A stretch of DNA of 63,854 bases, filler included, from 16 parts of 16 records of this genome joined end to end with filler, not necessarily neighbours in it; one strand, 5' to 3'; counted from the whole stretch's first letter, positions 25,091-37,204 are shown. The notes: generated by a model from the letters alone, not told the origin. Numbers and translations are program-made.

Positions 25091-25684
25091 TCACATCCCG
25101 CTCCCATAAGCCGAGTTCGAGGTCGTCCACGTTGATCCCACTGAGCTAGTGGTGTTAGGTGGCGGTGGCCCGTGATACAGCCTCTCCGGAGCCTCCTTGC
25201 GGCTCTCGATCTTGTTCTCCATGTCCACATTCTCATCCGATTGGTTGACGCTATGGACAAACCGCGAGGTCCCCGGACGGGGAACTTTATTGATCCGCGT
25301 AGGCACAATCCCGTTGATCATGTAAAGATCCTGCCCCGTACGTCCTGATCCGAATTCAAATATGCGGCCGCACCTCTGAGATGTCACTCCGGGCTGTATC
25401 GGGCCTGGAGATGAACGACATGTCTGTCCGGGAGGTCTCTGGGGCTCGTAACGTCGATCGGTCAGTATCAGGGACTTGCTGCAGCTCCTGTAGCGTCGCC
25501 AGCCTGTCCCGGTTCAGTCGAGCGGCGATCAGAGTGCACCGCACCGCTGGGCCTGGTCGGGCATCCGGGTATGGGGGACCCCTGCGACCATATAGATGTC
25601 CTCCGAACGCTCAGTCAGCGAACCAGCGTCCGAACGCTCGGTGAGCCCACCCCGCTCTCCGAACGAGACTCGCTTGCTCCTCAT
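25091..25684 (-). CDS. Hypothetical protein (spliced)
   Basis: Three overlapping ORF pieces can be joined by short GT-AG introns. No recognised domain. Confidence 0.5.
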
Positions 25685-26185
25685 GGCCACCGCTCGCTTA
25701 CACAGTGCAGCGCTGCATCCAGCGGCAGGTTGGTCAAGAGCCGTTGACGCTAAAAAAGGCAGGCCGGCCGGGGCCAAGTTTACGCAGAGGAGCTAGGGGC
25801 ACCGGGGATGATGCCAATAGGCATCCCCAAGACATGGGACAGACGACCCGGCCTTGTTGCGGTGTCGCAGGTCAGCCCGCCATGTCGGTGCGAGTGTGGT
25901 GCGGGGCGTGGGCGAGTGTGGCGATATAGTGTGGCGACGGGGACCTCAGGCCAACTCGACTTACTCGAGCTCCGGAAGCCGCGAGCGGGCTACGAGCGGG
26001 CTGCCATTGGTATATGCCAAGGCGTGCCGAACGTGAATGGTACGTGAATGGCGACATGTTGACTCCTTAACACGATCCCACCGCTTCATATTCGCCATAC
26101 ATGTACCAATAATTGCATGATTTATTGGCATCTGTTTTGTATTCATGATTTGAATTAACCTAATTGATCATGAATTAATATCAAT

Positions 26186-26434
26186 TCAATCACCATCACA
26201 CCGCTCGCTATATTTCTGGTTGTTGTTTACAGCCCATTTCTTAGGCTCGCACAGGTTGCCGGATAATTCAAATCTCACCGGGCTCCCGCCGAGTCCATTT
26301 CGAGGCACCACACACGGACTCCCACCTAGCGGTAGATGATACCGCGAGTCAATCCCTTTGCAGCACTCACTTTTAGTTTGCAATGTATTGCACCCAGTGC
26401 CCCGGGGCTCGATATCTTTGCGGCTGCCAGCTGG
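26186..26434 (-). CDS. C-terminal fragment of a Cys-rich, probably extracellular protein
   Basis: Open from the contig end to TGA 26186; GCNTL...ECC...CV...GNLCEP..W. Confidence 0.45.
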   Translation of the reverse strand, partial: PAGSRKDIEPRGTGCNTLQTKSECCKGIDSRYHLPLGGSPCVVPRNGLGGSPVRFELSGNLCEPKKWAVNNNQKYSERCDGD

Positions 26435-26572
26435 NNNNNNNNNNNNNNNNNNNNNNNNNNNNNNNNNNNNNNNNNNNNTTAATTAATTAANNNNNNNNNN
26501 NNNNNNNNNNNNNNNNNNNNNNNNNNNNNNNNNNAGCGCCGAGCGGATTCCGCGGCAAGGGACTCGGCAGAC

Positions 26573-27013
26573 ATGGGCGTTTGCGGGGGCGAGGAGGAGT
26601 CCGAGGTGAATGTGCACAAGGCGGCGGAGACGAACGACATAGCGAGCCTGCAGCTGGTCCACGACAAGAACCCGGCCCGGCTGGACAAGATCGACGCCGA
26701 TGGCAACTCGCCCTTGTACTGGGCGGCCAGGAACGGGCACGCCGAGGTCGTGCAGCTGCTGCTCGACTCCAAGGCGGTGGTGGACCGGGCAAACAACTTC
26801 GGCCAGACCCCGCTGTGGCGGGCGGTCGAGATCGGGGACGTGCGGTGCGTCAAGGCTCTGCTGGAGGCCCGGGCGGACGTTGATCGGTCCAACAACAGCG
26901 GCAAGACGCCGCTCGGGATCGCCAAGGAGGGCGAGGTCAAGGACCTGCTGCTAAATGCCGGGGCCCGCCGCAGGACTTCGGCTGTGCAGCACACGGCGAT
27001 ATACAACGAGTGA
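26573..27013 (+). CDS. Small ankyrin repeat protein with an MGVCG acylation motif
   Basis: GNSPLYWAA, GQTPLWRAV, GKTPL; intronless. Confidence 0.88.
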   Translation: MGVCGGEEESEVNVHKAAETNDIASLQLVHDKNPARLDKIDADGNSPLYWAARNGHAEVVQLLLDSKAVVDRANNFGQTPLWRAVEIGDVRCVKALLEARADVDRSNNSGKTPLGIAKEGEVKDLLLNAGARRRTSAVQHTAIYNE

Positions 27014-27212
27014 GCGCGGTGAGCCGCAGCCGAATGTTGGGCTAAGGATGGCGAGTCAAGCGCCTATCTCTATAGAAATAGCTTGCAGCGATAAATGACC
27101 GTGCGGTCGTATAACTTCGGGCGGAACACTGCATGAGCGATTCACCTATGTATTGTGTTGCTTGAGATCGGAGTAGTGTAATTACATGTATTCCGCTCCA
27201 CCGATCCGATCT

Positions 27213-27841
27213 TTCATTGCGAGTTAAGGGTCGCCGCTCAGCACGGCGTCGGCTTGCTCGGCCAGGGCCTGGAACAGCCGAGCTTGCACCCGATGCCGGT
27301 CTAGACTGGCCTCCACGCGCTCTCTCCACAGCCACACCAGCCAACGCACTGACCCCCTCGAACGCTCTGCCAGCCGCAGCCCCCGGACCAGTCCCCGTGC
27401 CCCCGCGGCCGTCCGGTGCTGCCCCGGCGTGAGTTACTGCCCGCCCCTTTCGCCGCCCGCACCTCCGCTGACTGGGCCGCGCGGAGCAGCACGGCACCCA
27501 CCGCTTGTCTCTGCCCACCGCTCAGCCTCGGCTTGCAGCCTAATCCGGACCGTCTCTTGCAGCGCAGCCCCGCCCCAATTGCGGCCGGTGGCCGCCTCGG
27601 CGATCTGCTCAAGCTGCCGGACTAAGGACTCCTCAAGCTGCCCGGCGGCTCAGCAGCTCGCCCCGGTCGGGTCTCACCCCTGCCAGCCCAGGCGGTAGCT
27701 CAGGCCGTGCGGCCCGGAGCCGGCGCTCCACGCAATCCGCCTGCCGGTAGGAGTGACTGCGTCCCGCCCGGGCCGCACCGCCTCCTGGAAGGCCTGGTGG
27801 GCCGCCCCCAGCTCCTCCACCTCGGGGCGCTGCACCACCAT
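27213..27841 (-). CDS. Hypothetical protein (spliced)
   Basis: ATG at 27841, GC-rich coding-like sequence with plausible introns of about 38-40 nt, no recognised domain. Confidence 0.35.
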
Positions 27842-28092
27842 TTGTATTTTGACTTGTGATGCATCCGGCTGGCCTGGCGACGACTTGAGACGACGGTTCG
27901 ACGGCAAGGTTTTAGTTAGGCGGAGGGCGTACAAGCTAGTAGCGTTTAGACCCGCATTGTCCACCTTCCGTATATCCAGACGTCCACTTTCCCTATACTC
28001 GTATATACCAGATGTCCAATTTTTAACGTCTAATGTCTACACTAAAAATGCAAACATTTCAATTATTGATGTACACACTTTAGTTGGCCTCA

Positions 28093-28857
28093 TTATGGGG
28101 CTTCAGCTGCGGCCGGCTCGGATGCCGCGACCTGCAGCCGACCGGCCACCCCGTGCTTGGAGATCAGCCGCTCGACCAGCCCCGATGCCTTAGCCTCCTC
28201 CACAAACGCCCGCAGGAACTCGATAGCTTCCTGCCCGCCATCCGGCCGCTTCAGACAGCCCACCGCCTGCTGCACCGCCATGAACGGCTGATCTATCACT
28301 CGGTACCGCCCGGGCGCCTTGGCCATGTCCTCCGCCAGCTTGGACTTGAGCCCCGCCAGCCCCTCCAGCCGCTCGGCGTCAAACAGCTCGTAGCTCGCGT
28401 CCAGCGTATCAGCCTCGCACATCTCGGCGTGCTCCAAGTGCCGGCGCAGCCACAGGTGGTACGCTGCCCCGGCTTTGACCGCGATCCGGGTCCCCGGGGC
28501 GTCCAGATCGGCGGGGCACTGTGCGGTTGAGTCCCGCGGCACCATGTAGCAGCAGTGAATCTCGCTATAAGCCGGGGTGAAGTCGATGAAGTCCATCCGC
28601 AATGGGTCGGCCCCCACCAGCCCGATGTCCCACGCGGCCTGCTCGGCCGCCGCGCACACCTCGGCCGGGCCTTTGAACGGGATGAGCTCCAGACCCACCC
28701 CCAGCCGGTCGGCGATGGCAGCTGCCATGTCCGGCGAGACCCCCACCGGCTGGGGCGTGTGCGGCCCACTCACCAGCAGGAAGTTCGACAGGTTGATCCC
28801 CGCCCGCAGGACCCCGCCCGGGGCCAGCTGCGCCCGAGCAGCCGACAGCAGCGCCAT
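28093..28857 (-). CDS. Bacterial-type polar amino-acid ABC solute-binding protein (SBP_bac_3/PBP2 fold), intronless
   Basis: LAPGGVLRAGINLSNFLLV, GVSPDMAAAIADRLG, WDIGL, FTPAYSEI, D.PG.RIAV..G.AY, F+EEAKASGLV. Confidence 0.85.
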   Translation of the reverse strand: MALLSAARAQLAPGGVLRAGINLSNFLLVSGPHTPQPVGVSPDMAAAIADRLGVGLELIPFKGPAEVCAAAEQAAWDIGLVGADPLRMDFIDFTPAYSEIHCCYMVPRDSTAQCPADLDAPGTRIAVKAGAAYHLWLRRHLEHAEMCEADTLDASYELFDAERLEGLAGLKSKLAEDMAKAPGRYRVIDQPFMAVQQAVGCLKRPDGGQEAIEFLRAFVEEAKASGLVERLISKHGVAGRLQVAASEPAAAEAP

Positions 28858-28935
28858 GCCGGATAGAGTCTACTGTAAATAACGGAAGAAGATGCGGGAT
28901 CCCACGGAAGAGCGACGACGCAGTCGGTCGGCAGC

Positions 28936-29617
28936 ATGTCGCTGCTGGCGCGGTTTAGGCGGGGCGAGAACTTTAGCTCGGCTGACTTCGTTCGGGAGCT
29001 CGGGGAAAGGCCGTTGGACGCCGAGGAGCGCTGCGAACAGTCGGGCAACACGCTGTTGCACTACCTGTGCTGCGCCGGCGACGCCCCAGAGGCGGTGGTG
29101 GCGGCGCTGCTGAAAGCATACCCGGGCAACGCAGCCGCGGAGGACGCCGATGGCAATGTGCCGCTGGTCGGGGCGGTTTCCAACGGCTGTCTGCCTGCGA
29201 CGGTGCGCGTGCTGCTTGAGGCGCACCCGGCGGGAGGGCGCTGGACCAACCAGGGGCACACGCTGCTGCACTTCGCGGCCTGCAACCAGGCCGCCCCCGA
29301 GGTGGTACAGCTCCTGCTACAGGCCTGGCCGGAAGCCGCCCGCCAGAGAGATCCGGAGGGGAACACCCCGCTGCATTTCGCCGCGGCATGCCAGGCCCGG
29401 CCCGCTGTGGTCAAGCTGCTGATCGAGGCTTACCCGGAGGCGGCCCAGCTGCAGGGCCGGATGCAGCGCCGGCCGCTGAATCTGGCCATGCTCTGCAAGA
29501 CCCACCCTGAGGCGCTGATGATGATCAAGGAAGCGTTCCCGGGGGCGCTTTATGACGAGTCCTTGGTGGCCGATCACTTCAACAGTGACACGCTCCTCGT
29601 CCACATGGACCCCGGCG
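28936..29617 (+). CDS. Ankyrin repeat protein (3' partial)
   Basis: GNTLLHYLC, GNVPL, GHTLLHFAA and GNTPLHFAA, with LL.A(Y/W)PEAA linkers. Confidence 0.85.
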
Positions 29618-29930
29618 NNNNNNNNNNNNNNNNNNNNNNNNNNNNNNNNNNNNNNNNNNNNTTAATTAATTAANNNNNNNNNNNNNNNNNNNNNNNNNNN
29701 NNNNNNNNNNNNNNNNNGAGGGGGGGCTGCAGCCCGTGGCAGGATACCATAGCCCTCAAGGCACGCCTAGCGAATTCGAATCGCCAGTTGACGACCTAAT
29801 ACCATAAGCATCTTAGTTACATGTAGCTGATTAATCATAGTTGTCTAAACACATTCTAGCTTACTACTGTATAGCCGACATGCCGGTGCTACACGCCAGC
29901 GGCACACAAGCCTACATTGATCACAAGCGC

Positions 29931-31686
29931 TTACCATGAAGTCTTCGCTTTACCAATCATGAAACCAGGCGCCACCTCAATCCACTCTTCTTGCATCTTT
30001 GCCTTCTTATTGCTCGCTACAGCACACACAGCTGGAACCTGCCCCACGATTACACGCTACAATCTAGCAGGCGGCACGTCGACGGTGACTTCAACACACT
30101 CTTGGATCCTTTCAGAACACGTTTCATTGAATTCGGCCCAGACGTCCACCTGAGCTGGTATTAATAGAGGCTGCTCAGAAATCAGATACCCAGTAGTGCG
30201 ACTCAAAGTATGGAGTCTTTGTGGTCTGAAATTCCTCTATGTCGTATTCCCCACTCTCCTTCTTCTTTGGTGCAGTCGGACACTAGACCGATTTGTCAGC
30301 CCCACGTAGCATTACATGCAGGCGCCCACCTGAATGATGAAGCTCTTTTTCTCCCCGGCTGGTATAGCTGCCTCACGCATTCAGCATCCGAGGCCAAGGC
30401 ATGACTCACAAGTCTTCAAACCCTTGCCCTCCGCAACCCGCCAGTGCATTTCCTCAGGCCACTTCTTCTTCTTGGTCGTCCACGAGCAGCCGAGGCTTAG
30501 GCGAGCGTGCCACCCCACCAGCTCTGCCTGTCCTTCACTATTGTCGACCTCTACAGTGATATTCATCATGTCTCCTGCAAAGTAACTACCGGCACATCAT
30601 GTCAGCAGCTGGCCAGGCCTGGTAGTGCTTACACAGCTTTGTCGAGGGTTGCCTTTATCTTGACCTTACCGCGACTCGAGCAGCAGCAGCCGCAGATTTT
30701 GTCCTTGCAAGAAATCGCAGTTTCGTCTTCCTGTGAAGCGGGCGTCGGTTTCAAAGGCGTATGCCGCAGGGCACCGCCGAGGGCGGCTGGCTCTGCATGA
30801 GCTGCTGGACCTCTTGGGACCACACGATGATCTGAACCCCCAGCCTGCTGGCTGCGGCCTGCCACAATACAGCACCTCCTCCTCGTCTTCGAAAGGAGTT
30901 GGCACACCATTCCAATTAGTCTTAAGCACAGCCTCAAACTCGTACCTACCACCCCACTCAGGGCCTACGGCTGGCCCACTCCGCACTTAATCTCAGCGTC
31001 GGCGTCCACCATATCGCCACTGCTAAAATCTTCAATATTACACGAACTTGGAAGCGCAGGCGGCAGCTGCAGCAAGCTAACGCCTCAACAACATCAGGTG
31101 CGGCAGCGTGCCTGGTACTGAAACGGGAAGACGTGCTCGCCGACCGGCAGAATGTTGTCCTCCGAGCTCCACAGCGGCACCTTGTCGTCAAAGAACTTTT
31201 CTTTCTCCTTTTTCTCGTCGTTCCCCTCGAGCCCGGCGAACATTCCTTTATTCTGTCGCTCCACCTCGGTCTCGAGCTTGCCCTCGCACTTGACGTAGAT
31301 CCCGCTCTCAGTCTGGATCGGCTGCGCCCCCGCCCAGGATCACAGGGGGACATGCCGGCGGCCCGCGTCACCTTCTTCACTTTCATTACCACCTTGCCAG
31401 TGACCTGTCACCGCGCAGCTCAGTGGGCCCAGCCCAGCAGCCCCGCACCAGCGACCCAGCAAAGCACGCCTTCTGGTCCAGCTTGAGCTGTCCCCACCGC
31501 TCAGGTCGCCCCCCGGCAGGCCCACACGTCCATGTCGCCCATCGTGGAGCGGATGGCCGATTGGACCTTCTTAGCCTCCTTCCGCATTTCCTTCCACGCC
31601 TTTTTGGCCGACTTGTGTGATGCGCGGGCCGACGACCCGGCCGCGTTCAGCGAGTCGAGCGCGGAGCTGATCGAGCCGAAGTTCAT
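29931..31686 (-). CDS. Alpha-arrestin / arrestin-domain protein (multi-exon)
   Basis: Spliced model gives VTGKVVMKV, GIYVKCEG, LPVGEHVFPFQYQLPPALPSS, IKYEFEAVL, CCC..GKVKIKATLDK..YFAGDMMNITVEVDN. Stop TAA at 29931-29933. Confidence 0.85.
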
Positions 31687-31775
31687 TGGATGTTGTTGGT
31701 TGCCGGGGCCCCAATGGGCGTTGGGGCAGTTGACGTTTTTGCGAACAACGGCTGCAGCCAGGATTGATCAGGGGA

Positions 31776-33133
31776 ATGGGAGGCTGTGGGGGCAAGGAGG
31801 CCGCACACGCGCGCAAGGCTCCCGCCCGCGGTGCTGACTTCCGCTCCGTGTCGGCTCGAAAAGCAGAGCCGCGCTCCCCGCGGTGTACACCTCAGAAGAC
31901 GATCATAGGAGCCGCCAAGGCCGGGGACGGCGCCGCGCTGACCCGGATGCTCTCAGAGTCCGCGGAGGCGCGGGAGGCGGTGCTATCGGCTAAAGGCTCG
32001 GTACCGGGCGGAGCGGGCGCGACGGCCAGCCGCTGGGGCAGTTTAACGAGTCTGTGCTTCATATAGCGGCCGGGAGCGGAGCAGTCGGGACGATCAGGCA
32101 ACTGGTTGAAGCCAAGGCAGATGTGCATGTCAAGGCAGGGGTGCGTCTGTGACCCCTGGCCGGCCGGGGAGCCCGCCGCAGGATGGGATGACAGCCCTGC
32201 ATGCGGCGTCGGGTAGCGGGCACACCGCGGCTGTTGCGCTGCTCCTCGACGCGCATGCTGACCCCAACGAGCTGAGCAAGGTGGTGGCGGCGGAAGGCTC
32301 AGAGGCTGAGCCAGGGCAGTTTGGTGAAAGCTCGCTTTACCTGGCGTCGCGGTATGGGCACACTGCGACGGGCCGGCAGCTTTTGTCGGGGAAGGCCGAT
32401 GTGAATTGTGTGAAGCCAAAGGTGAACGTGGTCGAGATCTGGCTGAGCGGGTGGGCGTGCAGGATGGGTGGACTGCGCTTCATGTGGCGGCAGTGAACAA
32501 CGATCAGATAGATACAGTGGACCTGCTGCTCTCCGCCAAGGCCGACGTGCACGCAAGGAGCAAGGTCTGAAGGACCCGGGGGAGAGTGAGTGTAAGGCAG
32601 GTCGGGGTTACTGACCTTCATCAAGGGATTGGGCAAGGTGGAAGCACTCCGCTCCACTATGCCGCGCTCAATAGGCAAGCCTGGTGGCGCCCCGGGCTCA
32701 AACCCGAAGCTCCACGGACCGGCGAAGAAGCGGGGCTACATATCACCAACCGGTTGCTAGAGGCAAAGGCCGACGTGAACCTGAAGAGTGATGTGCGCCG
32801 GCCGAGGGTGGCAGGTCTCACTAGGCCGGGCAGGCCGGGAACACGGTGCTGCATGCGGCTGCGTACTATGGCCAAGCAGACCTCGTGAGTCTGTTGCTCG
32901 AAGCCAAGGCCGATGTACGCGCGATGAACAACGCCGGGAAGACTGCGTTGCAGTGGGCCGAGAAAGAGTGCCATGTGAGCGCGGCGCTCTTGATGAAAGA
33001 ATCCCTGGGCCCGATGAATCAACGACAAAGTGACTTGTACAGGAAACTGACCCGGTCGGCGTCTACCTGCGATGAGGAAGAGAACCGATTCGAAGAACAG
33101 AATCAGTTCTATTTGAGTGAGGAACAAAAGTAG
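31776..33133 (+). CDS. Ankyrin repeat protein with an MGGCG acylation motif (multi-exon)
   Basis: GMTALHAAS, GESSLYLAS, GSTPLHYAA, LHAAAYYG, GKTAL. Confidence 0.85.
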
Positions 33134-33345
33134 TCGCTAGCACCCAGGGCTATGGCACCCCTCAGTCAATAATTCTGGTACTGTAACGGTACTCGTAGTC
33201 GTGCGCATACCGCTATACGATTCAATATACAATTCAAGAATATTCTTATGTGCGCGTCCGTCACCGACCCGATCCTCGGCCGACATAAAACTCGAGAACC
33301 GATTTTAAACCGATTTAGTAATCAATATCAATTATATAAGTTAAA

Positions 33346-34124
33346 TTAATCCTCATCAAACTCATCGTCGAGCTTCACCACCAACGCAATACACTTGTCT
33401 AGTGGAATCTGAGGAGCGAGGAATTCCTCGTAGTCGGCCGGATCAAAGTCACTCGACAACACCACGTTGAAGTTCTCCTTGGCATCAAATTTGACATCAA
33501 GAGGGTCAACACCAATCGATACGATATTCTCTTCCTTCATCATCTCCAAAGGGTTGAACAGAACATCAGGAAACTTCCCCGGGGCAATAAAGTCGTTTAT
33601 CGCCGGTGCAGAGTTTGACAGATCAATGTGTAGGCAAAGGCCCCATGTTACACTCTGCTTGAGGTGGTTGTGCAACTCATCGAGCAGCTCCTCTGCAGTT
33701 GCCTGCCCCGTCGCTTTCCTCATTACCAGACCCTTCCCTGCCACATAGTTGTGCCCAGTCTTGCAGTACTTCAAGAAGGTTCTTACAGCGTCGGACCCAG
33801 TCTGCATGACATTGATCAGCAAACTGAAGGTTAGGCTGAGGGTTACCCGGTCCAGCATCAGCGTTGTGCTGCGGACGGCGACACACGGCGCAAGTTTGCC
33901 AGAAGCAAGACGAGGACATGCAGGATCTGGATACGCAGAGCCACTTGACCGCGAGCCACGAGTATGGCCTCTTCGTAATTCAAGACCATGTGATGCGTGG
34001 CAAGATCACAACTGCGGAATCAGGTTTGGGCTACGAGTAGCCAGGCTGAACTGACAACAACAACAACCACGTGCACAGCAACAACTGAACAACAACAGCT
34101 GACAGGGTTGTTGCTCCGATGGCA
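33346..34124 (-). CDS. Hypothetical protein, 5' end uncertain
   Basis: 170-aa open final exon with globular composition. Upstream exons are likely. Confidence 0.5.
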
Positions 34125-34413
34125 NNNNNNNNNNNNNNNNNNNNNNNNNNNNNNNNNNNNNNNNNNNNTTAATTAATTAANNNNNNNNNNNNNNNNNNNN
34201 NNNNNNNNNNNNNNNNNNNNNNNNTCTTGGGCTGGCCTTTGAGAATTTGGCTGGCCAGCCGTTGGGGAATTTTAACCCCCGGTTTTGAGCATCTGCCACC
34301 TAGCATTGCCAGCATTGAATTAAAGTGTCCTGAGAGTGTCCTATGTGGGCCTAATGTGGGCCGATAGTTGATATCCTCGGCTTTAAATAAATGTATCTCT
34401 CTTAGTATTTGCG

Positions 34414-36867
34414 CTATTTACCGGCTTCCAATGACACTAGCAAGGATCCCTCAGCGAAGTCAGCAAGCCTTCTGCCACCAAGGCCAACCTTGACACCGGC
34501 ACGCATCGAAATCCATTTGTGCCAGCTCTGCACAATCAGCTTGACATAGCGTGCTTGCACAGCACGCGAGAAGCTATGGGTCACCTTGGTACTCGAATCA
34601 TAATTGCCAGTGAACGACCTGCCAGCATCCACTGGACTCCAGGTGCGGCCATCGTGGCTAATAGCAACTGTAAACAACGTGACCCACTGATTATATCCTC
34701 CGTCTGGTTCTTTTATAGCTTCCGTATAATATTTTTCATTGCGGCCCTGAGTTACCACACCAGAGACATTCATAGTCGTGCCAAGGTCCATCTGCAACCA
34801 CTGGCCAGCCCTTACACTGTCAAACCGCGTGAACCACGCCCCACCGGAGTCCAATGTGGATTTACACAGTTCATCAGAAGAGCAGTCCTGCCTAGTACAC
34901 TCGCAGAATTCCTCCCGAGAGCTATAGTCGCACATATAGCTATAGTCGCACATACTAGAAGAGTATGTGCGGTTGGCCTCGGGTGGATTCACAATCGCTT
35001 CTTCTCTGTCCAGCACAGGGCCGTCCTCCCAGCTGCAATAGCTGATAGTAGTATCAGCATAATCGCTGTGCGCAAGCCTACACCCCGTACGGGTCCAATT
35101 GCCTAACAACACTAACTCGGCCCGAACGGTCCCAAGACCACTGAGCCCCTGCGGCAACGGCCAGTCTCGGAGCATGATCTCCTGTTGGCCGAGGATTTGA
35201 GCCTTGCTTAGCGGCCGAGGCCCGCCCAAAAGCAGCTCGCTCCGCAACCCCGCGTCCGTCAGCTGCATCAGGCTCAGTTGGACAGCCAACTCAAAAGGAT
35301 CGGTCGGTCGAAATATCGAGTTGGCCAGTTTGGATTTTGAAGCGCTGGGCCAGCTGCACAGGCACACTTGGTCGTTCCATTGCTCGTCGCACCCGGCCGC
35401 GTGGAGCTGCGCATGGCTATAATCTAGAGCACAGGGGCTGTGCGGGACTCCTGCTGTGTTGTCCATCCCTGCAGCACAGCTGGTTCCCCTCTGGCCGCAC
35501 CACTCGTTGCACGAACCGCCTCCGGTTTGGGCTAGGAAGGCACAGGTCTCATCACCAGCAGGCGCGCGACTGAAAGATCGAAGGTCAAGCTCCATAGAGC
35601 ACATTATCTGGCTGTAGCTGCCATCAACACCAGGCCACAGCCCGGGCTCCCACACCGTGTTGTCGTATCGTGTACATACCGTCTTGCCAGGCCAGTGCTG
35701 ATCGCCGTCTCTAGGTGCCCAGCTGAAAGCCCGGCACCGTCGCTCGCTCTCACACCACTCAGCACACTGAGAAATTGTGCCAAATTGGTACCGCTCACTG
35801 CAAGGGTCTATTCCGCAGCCGGCCTGGTCCGCGCCCTTGCCAGCCACTTGCACCCATCTCCCCTGGCCACCCAGCTCCAATCGTGACCCTGAAGGGCACT
35901 GGCCTAGCCGCATTCCGACGCTCGGAAGCACAGGGCAGAGCCGTTCAAGGCCACGATTGAACCTGAGCGACAAGGGAATCAGCGACTTATCTTCGTCCCT
36001 CTCCGCCGAACACAATTGTTCAGACGGCGCCGTGATCTTGTGCGCGGCACTCGCGCACTGCACCATGAATGCGCCGCCCAGTTCGCCTCTGCCTACACAC
36101 GCCTTACGCCCTAAGCCCATTAACTCGCTGCGACCCAACAGCCGTTCCAGGGGCCCCGGTTCGCCCACCGCATCAAGGAGCACTGAGTCTCCGTGGACCA
36201 GAGCCAGCCGACGCACCGCCACCCCAAACATCGACAGATCGGTCCTGCTATCCACCGAGTCATCGGCTGCGAACACCACTGCGACCTGCACCATTTCCCC
36301 GGAATATTCCGACAGCTCAAACCTCCCGTCCCGCCACCCGTCGCTCCGGCCAGTCCAGCCCGCCCAGCCGCACCGGCCGGCGGCCACGCTGAACGCGTGG
36401 CTCGAGTTGCAGTTATACGGCAGCTCTTGGCTGGTAAGCAGCCCCCACGGGCCCTCTCCAGCCGGTCCCACCCGGCGCGCCCAGACCGCCGCCGCGTCGT
36501 AGCCGTCGGTGAAGCAGCGGGAGGTACTCAGGACGTCGGACTGAGCCACAGTGAGCCGACGGCCGGCCGGTACCGCCTCGACTGCCCAAGCCACCGACAA
36601 CTCGAGCCGGGAGCCCGGAGGGAGCAACACCGGCGGCGTCACCAGCGCGTCCACCGTCCGCGGGCCTGAGTACCCTCGGATGAACGGGCTGTTGTACAGC
36701 CATCCGGGGCCGGCTGGGTGCGGCAGGTGGGCGAGCGACCGGTGCCACCGCCAGCTTGAGCCACACTGGTGGCTGGCGGTCCGGTCTAGCCCCGGAAGCG
36801 GCACCAGCCGGCAGCTGAATGGCTGGTCGGCCAACGCCCAGCTCCATAACACCCAGAACCACCGCAT
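34414..36867 (-). CDS. Secreted mosaic protein: beta-sandwich (InhA/MAM-like) + PAN/apple + Cys-rich + F5/8 type C (discoidin)
   Basis: Signal peptide MRWFWVLW. GWTG.SDGW...FELSEYSG.....F..D. CAEWC....CRAFSW. QWLQMDLG...VSGVVTQGR..QWV...FTGN.D...ARYVK...W..WISMR. Intronless. Confidence 0.8.
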   Translation of the reverse strand: MRWFWVLWSWALADQPFSCRLVPLPGLDRTASHQCGSSWRWHRSLAHLPHPAGPGWLYNSPFIRGYSGPRTVDALVTPPVLLPPGSRLELSVAWAVEAVPAGRRLTVAQSDVLSTSRCFTDGYDAAAVWARRVGPAGEGPWGLLTSQELPYNCNSSHAFSVAAGRCGWAGWTGRSDGWRDGRFELSEYSGEMVQVAVVFAADDSVDSRTDLSMFGVAVRRLALVHGDSVLLDAVGEPGPLERLLGRSELMGLGRKACVGRGELGGAFMVQCASAAHKITAPSEQLCSAERDEDKSLIPLSLRFNRGLERLCPVLPSVGMRLGQCPSGSRLELGGQGRWVQVAGKGADQAGCGIDPCSERYQFGTISQCAEWCESERRCRAFSWAPRDGDQHWPGKTVCTRYDNTVWEPGLWPGVDGSYSQIMCSMELDLRSFSRAPAGDETCAFLAQTGGGSCNEWCGQRGTSCAAGMDNTAGVPHSPCALDYSHAQLHAAGCDEQWNDQVCLCSWPSASKSKLANSIFRPTDPFELAVQLSLMQLTDAGLRSELLLGGPRPLSKAQILGQQEIMLRDWPLPQGLSGLGTVRAELVLLGNWTRTGCRLAHSDYADTTISYCSWEDGPVLDREEAIVNPPEANRTYSSSMCDYSYMCDYSSREEFCECTRQDCSSDELCKSTLDSGGAWFTRFDSVRAGQWLQMDLGTTMNVSGVVTQGRNEKYYTEAIKEPDGGYNQWVTLFTVAISHDGRTWSPVDAGRSFTGNYDSSTKVTHSFSRAVQARYVKLIVQSWHKWISMRAGVKVGLGGRRLADFAEGSLLVSLEAGK

Positions 36868-37204
36868 TGGCACGGTGAGATTGTCCACCCCCGGCTACAG
36901 TACGGTTGATTATGGCAGCGTGTCGGCTGAGCAGGTACAGGCGCGGGTGGCGCACGCAGGCGGCACAGGGTCACGGGGTAGTGCGGCGTGGCTATTAGTC
37001 CCCAGCCGGCTATTCCAGACACCCCGGTCCGCTGGTTGGTGCTCAAGCGGCGATCTAGCGGCGATCTGCAGACTGTACCGACTGTACGTAACGGCGATCT
37101 GGATGGGTTCGTAGTCGCATGTACGCCCGAAAGATATGCTCATTTTATCATCTAAATAATCAAACGATCTCAATCAATGATCACAAATGGAGCGTGCACC
37201 CTGC

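Noticed and set aside
34225-34300. Possible MITE terminus at a contig start (also 29718-29740)
   Set aside because: No partner inverted repeat or second copy in the window.
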